In this document: one piece after another, positions 35,704 to 46,955 of the stretch
Position numbering within the stretch: position 1 is the first letter of the stretch
Layout of the letters: each line of letters opens with the position of its first letter
Source of the DNA: Octopus bimaculoides
Taxonomy: Eukaryota
Assembly (NCBI RefSeq): GCF_001194135.2
Contig: NC_069008.1
Coordinates: 13,250,283 to 13,314,282, forward strand
Direction: 5' to 3'
Length of the DNA: 64,000 nucleotides
The notes under the pieces: generated by a model
What the model saw: only the letters and a program-made list of their open reading frames with translations
What the model was told of the DNA's origin: nothing
The model's database searches: none
Translations under genes and position numbers: made by a program

Positions 35704-36073
35704 AAAGAAACAGAAAAAAATACCCCAGTAAAATTGACGGGGCAGTTGTGTTGCTTACATAATTTAAAAGTTGCTCCTCACACACACACGTATTTACATA
35801 CATACATTAATGGATACATGATGATGGCTGTCCACTTGTGACTGAGGGGCACTGTCAATGACCATTGCCCATGCAAAATGCTTGCAGTACCCATGCATGA
35901 AGTTATTGCACCAGCAGTTAGCTTCACCCAGGTCTGTGTCTGCTGTTTCTGTGCTTAGCATGGTGCTCTCTTATGCAACAGGGCATCAGATGGGTGCCTC
36001 ATGGGCGAAGGCACAACTTAAACTTTAGGTCCAATAAGGTTTGCACAGTGCCTCACAGTTCCTCTAAGCATTA

Positions 36074-36512
36074 CTTATTTCTTTATTGCCCACAAGGGGC
36101 TAAACATAGAGGGGACAAACAAGGACACACAAAGGGATTAAGTCGATTACATCGACCCCAGTGCGTAACTGGTACTTAATTTATCGACCCTTAAAGGATG
36201 AAAGGCAAAGTTGACCTCGGCGGAATTTGGACTCAGACAGACGAAATACCGCTAAGCATTTCGCCTGGCATGCTAACGATTCTTATTTCTTTATTGCCCA
36301 CAAAAGGTTAAACATAGAGGGGACAAACAAGGATAGACAAAAGGATTAAGTTCATTACATTGACCCCAGTGCGTAACTGGTACTTAATTTATCGACCCCG
36401 AAAGGATGAAAAGCAAAGTTGACCTCGGCGGAATTTGAACTCAGAACGTAACAGCAGACGAAATACCGCTAAGCATATCGCCCAGCGTGCTAACATTTCT
36501 GCCAGCTCGCCG
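36074..36512 (-). mobile_element. Two tandem family B SINEs
   Basis: CTTATTTCTTTATTGCCC tails at 36074 and 36282; head ...GCCAGCTCGCCG at about 36512. Confidence 0.85.
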
Positions 36513-36884
36513 TTACTCTCAATGTTGCTGACATGATCCATAGACAAGGCAGGCCAAGATATCCAATTGCAGTATGGGTTGCAGGCTCAGGAATGTAGGA
36601 GTACCATTATCTCAATTTCAAACAAAAGATCACCAAAATATACATTGCCATTCTCTGTATATCTTGTTTTTTATCAGAGTGACCTTCACCTCGAGACAAG
36701 CTTTAACAAAAGCTGAGGGATATCTCATTACCTGTGGTCTTCTAGCATATCAGACACCAGCCCCCAATTTCTGAGGGTCCATTGCTTGATAGTCATTGAA
36801 CCTACACTCATTTCATCTGTCCTTTTGACAGGTCTCTCAAAAACTTCCTCACAAGTGCTAAATTACCTCCCACTATTCCTACAT

Positions 36885-37285
36885 CACCAGTCAAAAAGTG
36901 TAACCACCCTAACTGCAGGACTTGTATCAACCTTATTGAAGGTATAACATACAATCAATCTTATTGAAGACTCGACATACAAATTCAAATCAGGACAGAT
37001 GTTTTAAAAACTCACTTTAAGGAATTTAATATATGCTATCAAATTTAAGGAGGTAATGAAGATTACATAGGTCAAACAAAGATTACTCTAAGAAATAGAC
37101 TGACCATTCACAGACAACAATTACAAGACTCCAGTACTTGACAGATTCCATTGAGTGGACATTTAGACATTTGTGCTCAAATTACAGGTCTTCTCACTCT
37201 ACCTATGTTCAGCAAATGCCACAGGTGAAGCATGGATAAACAAAGAAAACACTTTTACACAAAAGTAGAAACCAAGATTTAACAA
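36885..37285 (+). mobile_element. Penelope-like GIY-YIG endonuclease remnant
   Basis: KKCNHPNCRTCINL, NLIYAIK, DYIGQTKITLRNRLTIHRQQ, LSGHLDIC. Confidence 0.7.
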
Positions 37286-38461
37286 ACTTTAACACAATCC
37301 ATACACAAATAACTATTCACACACACAACTCATTCTGCTACTTAACATGAGGAACCTACACAACTAACAACCTAAACTTTAGCCACTGGACTCAACACAA
37401 ACAACTCTTGCCCACTCTCCCACTAGACACATTAAATTTGGAATGCCTTGATTGTAACTAAACATATTCATTCTGCCATGTCGGACTTACCTTTAGGCAC
37501 AAAATATACTAACACGGACATAGTGGGGGAACATACAAAAGGTTATAAACTTAAACATGCGTTCATTCTCTACAAACACATGACAGAAAACATTCAGAGC
37601 ATTGATTGTTTGGACATGTTCAGTCAATTCTGTCAGCCTTAATTTATGATGCCAAATATCATCCCTAACACATGGATATAGTGGGGAACTTACAAAAATT
37701 TCTAAGACCAGTCATATGACTATCCTCTACCAATCAAACCCTATTTCAAACATATACTAATTTGAGCCATGAGCTCCCTATAAAAATAGGTCAAGCTTCA
37801 AACACTAGTCAGAAGCAAGACAGCAGCGACTTAAGCCACGTTTTTCTATTTGTAATCTTTGAAAATCAGTGTAAACTGTAGAACCAGATAAATCTTTAAA
37901 TATATCAATAAAAAATATTTTAACTATTTTCAGTGCATTTTCAACTTCTATTTTTCCTATATTTCTACCACTGTAGAGTAAAATAACATTATTTTATATA
38001 TATATATATATATNNNNNNNNNNNNNNNNNNNNNNNNNNNNNNNNNNNNNNNNNNNNNNNNNNNNNNNNNNNNNNNNNNNNNNNNNNNNNNNNNNNNNNN
38101 NNNNNNNNNNNNNNNNNNNNNNNNNNNNNNNNNNNNNNNNNNNNNNNNNNNNNNNNNNNNNACAGGTACAACTGAAACAGGAAGAAAGAGTGAGAGAAAG
38201 CTGTGGCGAAAGAGCACACCAGCACAAGTTTCATTCTTCTGATACCCAGTGTTTCTAACATCCAACCTGTTCATTTGTACATGCTGACATGATACATTCT
38301 CTACCACACATGTGCACCTCATAAATTTCCATCTGCAACACATTCTACACTATCAGAATGCATATCTCATTATGTAAGTTGTAACTATTTATGTGTGTAT
38401 GTGTGCATGTCTCTGTCCTTCTGTATGGTTAACAAACTCTAACTGTCATTTGTATTTTCAG

Positions 38462-38547
38462 AGGCAGTTTCAGACAGCATTAATGATATGAATGTTCGGT
38501 TTAAAGACATCAAGCTCAAACAGCCATTCATTACCCAATTACAATGA
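38462..38547 (+). CDS. Predicted terminal exon 3 (K-AVSDSINDMNVRFKDIKLKQPFITQLQ*)
   Basis: CTAAC branch site 38439-38443; TTTGTATTTTCAG acceptor; phase 1 matches exon 2; AATAAA at 38641 with downstream U-rich tract. Confidence 0.55.
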
Positions 38548-38776
38548 ACTAATTAAGCAAATTCCAAGAATTGCTTTCTCCAGTAGATTGTGGGTAATTA
38601 GAGAAGCATATGGATCTAAATACATGTACGCACCCACAGGAATAAATAAAGAATTTTTATTTAAATGCTTTCTTTCTTAATTTCCATTTTTAAAAATTTA
38701 ATACTATTGAATTTAAATAATTCTTCTTTGGTAAAATTTCAAAAAAATTTGAATTTTTCCCAAAGAGATATATATA

Positions 38777-40274
38777 TCAGGTCATCCCATAAGTTCTTTC
38801 TGAATTTTGAATAATGAAAACAAGTGATCAAATGTTATATTTAATTGAAATTTAATCATCAATGTACTTTTCCTGATTATCTATGACTTCCTTCCATCTA
38901 TTTAAAAGCTTTTTAATCCCATCAATGTAAAACTCTTTTGGTTTCAAAGCGAAGAACTCTGAAATGTCAGTTTTGACCTCCTCCTGGTTTGCGAAAGTTA
39001 TGTCCACCAAATGATTCTGTAAACTATGAAACAANNNNNNNNNNNNNNNNNNNNNNNNNNNNNNNNNNNNNNNNNNNNNNNNNNNNNNNNNNNNNNNNNN
39101 NNNNNNNNNNNNNNNNNNNNNNNNNNNNNNNNNNNNNNNNNNNNNNNNNNNNNNNNNNNNNNNNNNNNNNNNNNNNNNNNNNNNNNNNNNNNNNNNNNNN
39201 NNNNNNNNNNNNNNNNNNNNNNNNNNNNNNNNNNNNNNNNNNNNNNNNNNNNNNNNNNNNNNNNNNNNNNNNNNNNNNNNNNNNNNNNNNNNNNNNNNNN
39301 NNNNNNNNNNNNNNNNNNNNNNNNNNNNNNNNNNNNNNNNNNNNNNNNNNNNNNNNNNNNNNNNNNNNNNNNNNNNNNNNNNNNNNNNNNNNNNNNNNNN
39401 NNNNNNNNNNNNNNNNNNNNNNNNNNNNNNNNNNNNNNNNNNNNNNNNNNNNNNNNNNNNNNNNNNNNNNNNNNNNNNNNNNNNNNNNNNNNNNNNNNNN
39501 NNNNNNNNNNNNNNNNNNNNNNNNNNNNNNNNNNNNNNNNNNNNNNNNNNNNNNNNNNNNNNNNNNNNNNNNNNNNNNNNNNNNNNNNNNNNNNNNNNNN
39601 NNNNNNNNNNNNNNNNNNNNNNNAGTCTATTGAAAAAGGGTGGAATGAGTGTGCAAGAATGGAGAGAAGAGCAGATGTCAACTCGGGATTTGCATTTGGT
39701 TTCAGACAATTCATGAGGCACCCATTTTCTAAGTTTAGGAACCTTTCCAAGTTATTGATGATGATGATGAACAGTTGTATGGTTTGAACTAAGCTTTATT
39801 GCCAGTTCTTCAACTGATAATGCAGGATTTTCTTCAAGTAATGCCTCAAGGAGCTTATCATCAAACTCAACTGGACGTCTTGTTCGATCTTCATCTTCAA
39901 AGCTGAAATCTCCACTTCTNNNNNNNNNNNNNNNNNNNNNNNATTTTGCAAACCATCTTCTGCAAGTTCTTTCATTCAAGCATTCTTTCCCATAAACTGA
40001 GTGTATGTTTCGAGTTGCTTCGGCTGCAGAGTTTCCTTTTTTGTACTCATAAAGCATTATGTGCCTTAAATGTTCTTTGAACACTTCCATGTTCGAAAGG
40101 GTTTTAATCAAAGAAATTTTAATTCTATTATTCTGGAAAATAATATTTAATTAGTTTAAATGTACAAAAATGCATAAAAATAATTTTAAATTCCACTAGA
40201 CATTCTAAAATACTATTAAATTTCATTCAATTTTAAAAAAGGTAAAATCGGACAGAACTTATGGGATAACCTGA
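38777..40274 (-). mobile_element. Mariner transposon, full extent, transposase disrupted and gapped
   Basis: TIRs TCAGGTCATCCCATAAGTTCT / AGAACTTATGGGATAACCTGA with TA TSDs; HLRHIMLYEYKKG...RRWFAK HTH and C-terminal FYIDGIKKLLNRWKEVID. Confidence 0.9.
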
Positions 40275-41254
40275 TACTTTATGGTGTGTATCTTAACGTT
40301 TACTGTACGTATATTAATAAGCTTTTATATGTTTTTATTCTTATTTATTGTGCAGTAACATGATTTTATGTACTTTTAATGGTTTTCTAGTGATTTTATG
40401 ATTGCAATATTTGTGTCGGACAGATGTAAAGTTGAGTAAAATGACTTAACTTGATTTTTATTTTTTCACATATCATTTTTGAAAACCGACGTATAATCGA
40501 GAAACGACTTAAGCTGAGGTATGCCTGTGTATGTAAGTATACTGTAAAGTGTTAAAATGTATGTATAATCTCTTAATATAATAATGAGCGTTGTCTTTCT
40601 ATATATTTGTGTGTGTATGTGTGTGTGTGTGTGTATGTATATATATATATATATATATATAAATTTAATGAATGGAATAAAACGCATATTTTAACTGCAT
40701 ACTTTTATTCCGACATGTTTCGAAGAATTACAATTTACATGATCCATAGGAATCGTCGATGTTAAAAATGTAAACTACCCTGGTATCTATTAACCAATTT
40801 ATTTTGTCCGAGTTATTTATTAATTAGGAGAAAATAAATACATATAATAAAATATATATATATATGTATGTATTTATGTATATATATATTTGTGTGTGTG
40901 TGTATATATATATATATATACTCTTTTACTTGTTTCAGTCATTTGACTGTGGCCATGCTGGAGCACTGCCTTTAGTTGAGCAAATCGACCCCGGGAGTTA
41001 TTCTTTGNNNNNNNNNNATGAGAAAGGAAGGCGAGATAAATGAATAATGAAGGAAGAGTGAAAAAGCTGATAAATGGTGTTTGAAGTGTGAGTATACGTG
41101 TGTGTAAAAGAGAGGTAATATTTGCATGCATGTGTGTGTGTGTACAATGGAAATTGGATGGTAATGTTCAACGCTAAAAATGTGTGTGTGCGTGTGTGTA
41201 CAAGGGAACTATGTGAAAATTTACATATACATGTAAAGGAAATATGAAAAATAA

Positions 41255-41445
41255 TCCAGAAACCTTGTCCGGTACTGGATCAACCCCCAAGTCTAATCAA
41301 TTCGTTCCAGTCACGAGGCCAAACATCCCTGAAAGTTTCATCTGAATCCATCCAGCAGTTCTTGAGATATCTTGTTCACGGACAAATAAACAAACAAACA
41401 CGACTAAAAACAATACCTCTGCCTTCGCTAAGGTGGAGGTAATAG
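41255..41445 (+). mobile_element. Partial copy of the 8800-9165 hairpin-terminated element
   Basis: CCTTGTCCGGTACTGGATC...CCTCTGCCTTCGCTAAGGTGGAGGTAA. Confidence 0.5.
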
Positions 41446-41584
41446 TCTATTAGGCCTGGAGTTTGAGGGGATGGGAATAGTTGATCACATTGACTGGTGC
41501 TTAATTTATCGACCCTGAAAAGATGAAAGGCAAAGTCAACCTCGATAGAATTTGAACTCGGAACATAGCGACAGGCAAAATACT

Positions 41585-41822
41585 TATTTACATTTGACGG
41601 ATATTTGTCCTCATCTTGTTTGTTGTTAACACAACGTTTCGGCTGATATACCCTCCAGCCTTCGTCAGGTGTCTTGGGGAAATTTCGAACCTGGGTTCTC
41701 ATTCCTAACGATGTTACTATTATTATATTATTATTACTATTATTAATCAGGTCGCTGCCGTGAATCGAACTTGGAATCTTGGGGTTAGTAGCCTGCGCTC
41801 TTAACCACTACGCCATATGCCC
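41585..41822 (-). mobile_element. Family F hammerhead SINE with head, followed by an inverted 3' fragment (about 41831-41917 +)
   Basis: Head GGGCATATGGCGTAGTGGTTAAGAGCGCAGGCTACTAACCCC...GTTCGATTC. Confidence 0.85.
41628..41673 (-). ncRNA. Minimal type I hammerhead ribozyme, best-preserved copy
   Basis: GACAC-CTGACGA-A-GGCTG-GAGGGTATAT-CAGCC-GAA-AC/GT-T-GTGTT. Confidence 0.7.
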
Positions 41823-42261
41823 GTGGCATAAATGTTGTGTTAACAACAAACAAGATGAGGACAAATATCCGTCAAATGTAAATAATGTAAATAATTCCTC
41901 ATCTCTTAAATATAGAAAGGCAAAATACTGCTAAGCATTTCATCCGGCATGCTAATGGTTCTACCAGTTCACCATCTTAATAGTAATAATTATTTCTACT
42001 CTGGGCTCGAAGCCTTGAAAATTTTTGGGGAAGGGGGCTAGTCGATTACATTGACCCCAGTGTGTAACTGGTACTTATTTCATCAATCCTGAAAGGATGA
42101 AAGGCAAAGTCAACCTCGGGCATATGGCGTAGTGGTTAAGAGCACAGGCTACTAATCCCAAGATTCCAAGTTTGATTCCAGGCAGTAGCCTGAATAATAA
42201 TAATAATAACAACATCAAAAAATACCTTAGGAACAAGGACCCAGGTGTGAAATTTCCCCAA

Positions 42262-42307
42262 GACACCTGATGAAGGCTGGAGGGTATATCAGCTGAAACG
42301 TTGTGTT
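42262..42307 (+). ncRNA. Minimal type I hammerhead ribozyme
   Basis: GACAC-CTGATGA-A-GGCTG...CAGCT-GAA-AC/GT-T-GTGTT. Confidence 0.65.
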
Positions 42308-42383
42308 AACAACAAACAAGATGAGGACAAATATCCATCAATTGTAAATAATGTACATAATTCCTCATCTCTTGAATATCGAA

Positions 42384-42426
<43 letters not shown>

Positions 42427-42488
42427 GTAATGATAATAATATCGAAAAATACCTTAGGAATGAGAGCCCATGTTTGAAATTTTCCCAA

Positions 42489-42534
42489 GACACCTGAAGA
42501 AGGCTGGAGGGTACATCAGCCGAAACATTGTGTT
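42489..42534 (+). ncRNA. Minimal hammerhead with core CTGAAGA and a stem III mismatch (ACAT)
   Basis: GACAC-CTGAAGA-A-GGCTG...CAGCC-GAA-AC/AT-T-GTGTT. Confidence 0.55.
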
Positions 42535-43317
42535 AACAGCAAACAAGATGAGGACAAATATCCATCAAATGTAAATAATGTATATAATTCCTCATCTCTT
42601 GAATATCGAACTGAATAAGAATAATAATATCGAAAATTACCTTTGGAATGAGAACCCAGCATGGTCACAGCCTAATGGTTGAAACAAATAAACAATACAT
42701 TTGGCTTTTGCTAGATTAGAATTGTTTTATTAAATTACAAAATACACCCCCAAACATCTTTTACACTCTGTATTTGCATATGTTAACCCTTTAGCATCTG
42801 GCCCAGATATTTTACCTGCTGTATGTGGTGCTATTAAGTTAGGCATGGCCCGGGCCTATACTGGCCAAAAGCTATCAAAGTTATGTTCAAACCAATCAAA
42901 TCTGGCTTCTCACACCAACTCCACAATGTCATTCTAAAAATATACAGCCACATCATTGAAAGCTCAAAGCTACGAGACAATGCATGATTAATTCAAAACA
43001 ATGAATAAATAAGCATTACATTTGATAGAATAACCTGAATGCTAAACAGTTAAATAACACATCTTATGAATGAGAATAATTTTATCCATAAACTTCACAA
43101 CAATCAGGTTTTTAACAGTTTTTCAATCATTAGAAAGATAATGTTTTTGTAATAAACTTTAATGACAAATAACAGACAAATAAGAAGGGTTTTTTAAAAT
43201 TCTCTATTTATTCTTTTTTTTTTTTTTATCTAGGATGTATTTGTGAATTAGAAGACTAGAACTCAAAAGAATGATTTTTCAGTAATAATTTTTTACTCCA
43301 GTTCTGATCAGGTGTGA

Positions 43318-43716
43318 GGAGGTGCAATGGCCCAGTGGTTAGGGCAGCAGACTCGCGGTCATAGGATCGCATCGCAATTTCGATTCCCAGACCGGGTGTT
43401 GTGAGTGTTTATTGAGCGAAAACACTTTAAGCTCCACGAGGCTCCGGCAGGGGATGGTGGCAAGCCCTGCTGTACTCTTTCACCACAACTTTCTCTCACT
43501 CTTACTTCCTGTTTCTGTTGTGCCTGTAATTCAAAGGGTCAGCCTTGTCACACTGTGTCACGCTGAATATCCCCGAGAACTACGTTAAGGGTACACGTGT
43601 CTGTGGAGTGCTCAGCCACGTGCACGTTAATTTCACGAGCAGGCTGTTCCATTGATCGGATCAACTGGAACCCTCGACGTCGTAAGTGACGGAGTGCCAA
43701 CAACAACAACAACAAC
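43318..43716 (+). mobile_element. Full-length family C tRNA SINE
   Basis: GAGGTGCAATGGCCCAGTGGTTAGGG head, TTCGATTCCC B box, (CAA)n tail. Confidence 0.9.
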
Positions 43717-43956
43717 GATCAGGTGTGGCTGATAACCATAGCCTTAAGTTCACACAGAACCTCCCACAGTTCACATTGATACACAGCATTTGATGGCATA
43801 AAAGACACGCAGGCATTTTAGATGCATACCAATGTCAGCTACACATTCCGGGAAAATGTTTTTAGTGCATTAAAACTTATGGGAAGTCCAACTTCACATA
43901 TAGGTCCCAGGGTGATACTTTTACACCTTTTTTTTTTTTTTATAAAAGTGCATCTT

Positions 43957-44162
43957 ATATGAGAGGGTGCTGAAAAGTTCCTGGCTTTAAGAGATTATCA
44001 TGAAAGGCCTGACTGGAGGCTCAACCTTCCGATTTCTTTTACAAGGCTCAGAAAAACTAAAGGACCACTGCAATAAGTGTGTGAATTTGAGAGGGGAATA
44101 TGTTGAATAAAATCATAGTTAACTGATCCTTTCTGTATTTTCTTTTACAGCATCCCCTTGTA
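43957..44162. mobile_element. Degenerate mariner-type MITE
   Basis: TATGAGAGGGTGCTGAAAAGTTCC left end; degenerate TTTTACAGCATCCCCTTGTA right end. Confidence 0.45.
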
Positions 44163-44494
44163 TACTATTAAATACAGTTTTTTTTGTCTTTTGTTTGTGT
44201 TCACAAATAAGGATTTCAGTTGTGGAAGGGTTTCTTTTAATGAAGGCCACAACCATAAAAAAAAAAAAGCTTAAGGTGTCAGAGTGCAGTATCAAGACTG
44301 TGGTGCACAAGGACATTTGATGATAGTCATATGTATTGAGGAGAGGCCATCTGATGATTGCAACGAGTACATTTGTAGACAAGAGAATTATTTCAGGCAT
44401 ATTTCAACATGGGGAAAACATTCTCCAATGTACAGTTATTGGTAGATCAATAGGTTTAGATCTGTAAGACAATTTCTGGTGTTTTACAGATAGG

Positions 44495-44974
44495 TGAAGG
44501 TGCATGGCTCAGTGCGTCAGATTCACAATCATGAGGTAGTGAGTTCAATTCTCGGTCTGGGCTGTGTGTTGTGTTCTTGAGCAAGACACTTTATTTCACG
44601 TTGCTCCAGTTCACTCAGCTGTAGAAATGAGTTGCGACGTCACTGGTGCCAAGCTGTATCAACCTCTGCCCATAACCTTGGATAACATCAGTGGCATGGA
44701 GAGAAGAGTCTGGTATGCATGGGCGACTGCTGGTCTTCCATAAACAACATTGCCTGGACTTGTACCTCAGAAGGGAACTTTGTAGGTGCAATCCCATGGT
44801 CAGTCATGACTGAAAGGGGTCTTAATCCATTACTCTATGTACATGGAGAAGGGAGGCTGGTATGCATGGGTGACTGCTGGTCTTCCATAAACAACCTTGC
44901 TCGGACTTGTGCCTGGGAGGGGAACTTTCTAGGTGCAATCCCATGGTCAGTCATGACCGAAGGGGTTCTTTTTT
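44495..44974 (+). mobile_element. tRNA SINE with duplicated 3' tail, inserted antisense into the end of ZNF ORF 4
   Basis: TGCATGGCTCAGTG A box, GAGTTCAATTC B box; TSD TTTTACAG(A/T)TAGG at 44482-44494 and 44971-44983. Confidence 0.8.
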
Positions 44975-46048
44975 ACAGTTAGGCTTCCCTCGATTGTGTA
45001 TTTGCTTGTGCTTTTTTAAGTGGCCATTAGTGATAAACGATTTCGCACAAATTTCACAGTGAAAAGGTTTTTCTCCTGTGTGGCTACACCTGTGAACTAT
45101 AAGATGAGACTTGCTAACAAAGGATTTTCCACAAATTTCACAATAATACGGTTTTTCTCCGGTGTGACAACGTTTGTGGATGACGAGATTAGAGTTCTGA
45201 GTAAAAGACTTGTCACACGTCTCACAGTGATATGGCTTTTCTCCCGTGTGTATTCTTGTGTGTGTTTTTAAGAGACTGTGAGTGATAAAAGATTTGTCAC
45301 ATATCTCACAGTGATAAGGTTTTTCGCCAGTGTGGCTACGTACGTGGATAACAAGGTTAGAATTATCAGAGAACGATTTGCCACATATTTTACAATGAAA
45401 TACATTTCCTCCAATGTGTATTCGTTTGTGTCTGTTTAAATTACTGTTATTGACGAAACACTTGCCACATATCTCACAATGATACGGTTTTTCCCCAGTG
45501 TGTATAATCTTGTGGTTCATTAAATAACTATTATCGCCAAATGATTTCCCACATATTTCACAGTGAAATGGTCTTTCTCCAGTATGTATTCTTTTGTGAA
45601 CAGCGAGATTAGAATTATCGGAGAAAGATTTCCCACATATTTGACATTTATACGGTTTTTCGCCAGTGTGACTTCGTTTATGGACAGTAAGGTGGGAATT
45701 ACTAATGAACGATTTCCCACATATTTCGCAATGAAAAGGCTTTTCTCCAGTGTGGATTCTTCTGTGACTCGTTAATTGACTGTTAAAGACAAAATATTTC
45801 CCACATACTTCACAGTGAAACTGTTTTTGTCTATTGTGTATTTCTTTATGGGTGAAAACTTCATTTTCCGAGCAGAATATTTTCCCACAAACCTCACAGC
45901 GATATTCAGAAATATTTCCGTCTAGTGATGTTTGTTTAATTAATGCTCCGCCACGTAAAGGTTTCTCATCTCTCTCTGTCTGTGTAACACAATCTGTGTC
46001 GTTAAAAAAGGTTGTGTCACAAGTATCTAAGTCATTAACGTCTTCCAT
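44951..46048 (-). CDS. C2H2 zinc-finger protein, 11 fingers (CEIC-type subfamily) with acidic N-terminus
   Basis: ATG start, 48-aa leader, 11 CxxC...HxxxH units. Confidence 0.9.
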   Translation of the reverse strand: MEDVNDLDTCDTTFFNDTDCVTQTERDEKPLRGGALIKQTSLDGNISEYRCEVCGKIFCSENEVFTHKEIHNRQKQFHCEVCGKYFVFNSQLTSHRRIHTGEKPFHCEICGKSFISNSHLTVHKRSHTGEKPYKCQICGKSFSDNSNLAVHKRIHTGERPFHCEICGKSFGDNSYLMNHKIIHTGEKPYHCEICGKCFVNNSNLNRHKRIHIGGNVFHCKICGKSFSDNSNLVIHVRSHTGEKPYHCEICDKSFITHSLLKTHTRIHTGEKPYHCETCDKSFTQNSNLVIHKRCHTGEKPYYCEICGKSFVSKSHLIVHRCSHTGEKPFHCEICAKSFITNGHLKKHKQIHNRGKPNCKKEPLRS

Positions 46049-46849
46049 GTTAATTAACGATCGATGAATAATTAAAATCTGAGCAACGTCTGTGAGTATA
46101 ATGTTCTACGATTCAATATCTTGCCTTGCATATCATAGAACTCTTGTTTACATTTGTAGAAAACATGTAGATATATTTCTTACTTACCACAAGAACGTTT
46201 GTTGTTAATTAGATCCTCTCCCAGTTACACGTATATTTTAGTGTAGAAAAACCGAATTCTATTTTTATGCTAACAAATACTAATATGTTGGCGAAATAAA
46301 TGCGTAAATAGATCGACAGGGAGCCCAATAAATGATGTATGTGTGTATATTTGTTGATTAAAATCCATTTCCTTGTCCCGTAAAATAGTGAACAGCTAAT
46401 TAACGATGTAACGTACTTTGTGATAACACGAAATATTCCATCAAGGTGATAGAATATTGACCCTGAACCATGTAGGTTACTGTATATATATATATATTAT
46501 CTACAATCATTCACGTTCACAACTTGAGATAATTAAAATACAGAATAGAATTAAATTATTTGAACTTAAACTAATTAATAAGAAACGTAATAGTTGATAA
46601 TTATCTCCTCTCTGGATGATACCGGTGACAGAATTTAAAAGTCCCTAATATAATCTAATACACCCAAAGATACTTTGTTATATCGATGAGCCTATTGCGT
46701 TGTATACGACTCATAGCAAATTAGAAAGAAAATCACTCTGTAAAATAACGATTATGTCGCCATTTATGTATCATGCTTAATGTAAATATATCGTGATAGG
46801 CAAAATTTAATGCGGTATTTGTGCAGAGACAGTATTTTCTATGGTGAAT

Positions 46850-46955
46850 GTTCAGTCCCGCTGCATGGCACCTGGGACAAGTGTCTTCTACTATAGCATC
46901 GGGCAGACCAAAGCCTTGCAAATAGATTTAGTTGACGGAAACTGAAAGAAGCCCC
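46850..46955 (-). mobile_element. Family A SINE head fragment
   Basis: GCATGGCACCTGGGACAAGTGTCTTCTACTATAGC...GGAAACTGAAAGAAGCCC. Confidence 0.7.

Larger units (their letters stand above)
42118..42659 (+). mobile_element. Family F SINE: tRNA head plus about 2.3 tandem hammerhead units
   Basis: Head 42118-42192; units at about 42192-42389, 42390-42616 and partial 42617-42659. Confidence 0.85.

Noticed and set aside
38777-40274. Domesticated SETMAR-like gene
   Set aside because: TIRs and TA TSDs are intact, no SET domain is visible and the ORF is disrupted.
40708-40725. Minus-strand CGAAACATGTC half-hammerhead with a GUC triplet
   Set aside because: No CTGANGA core was found upstream; probably a truncated Penelope-type repeat.
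2680-45775. Antisense and alternate-frame ORFs over the ZNF genes (e.g. 2680-3033, 9728-10162, 18198-18458, 45020-45271)
   Set aside because: Shadows of the periodic finger sequence, with no independent coding signal.
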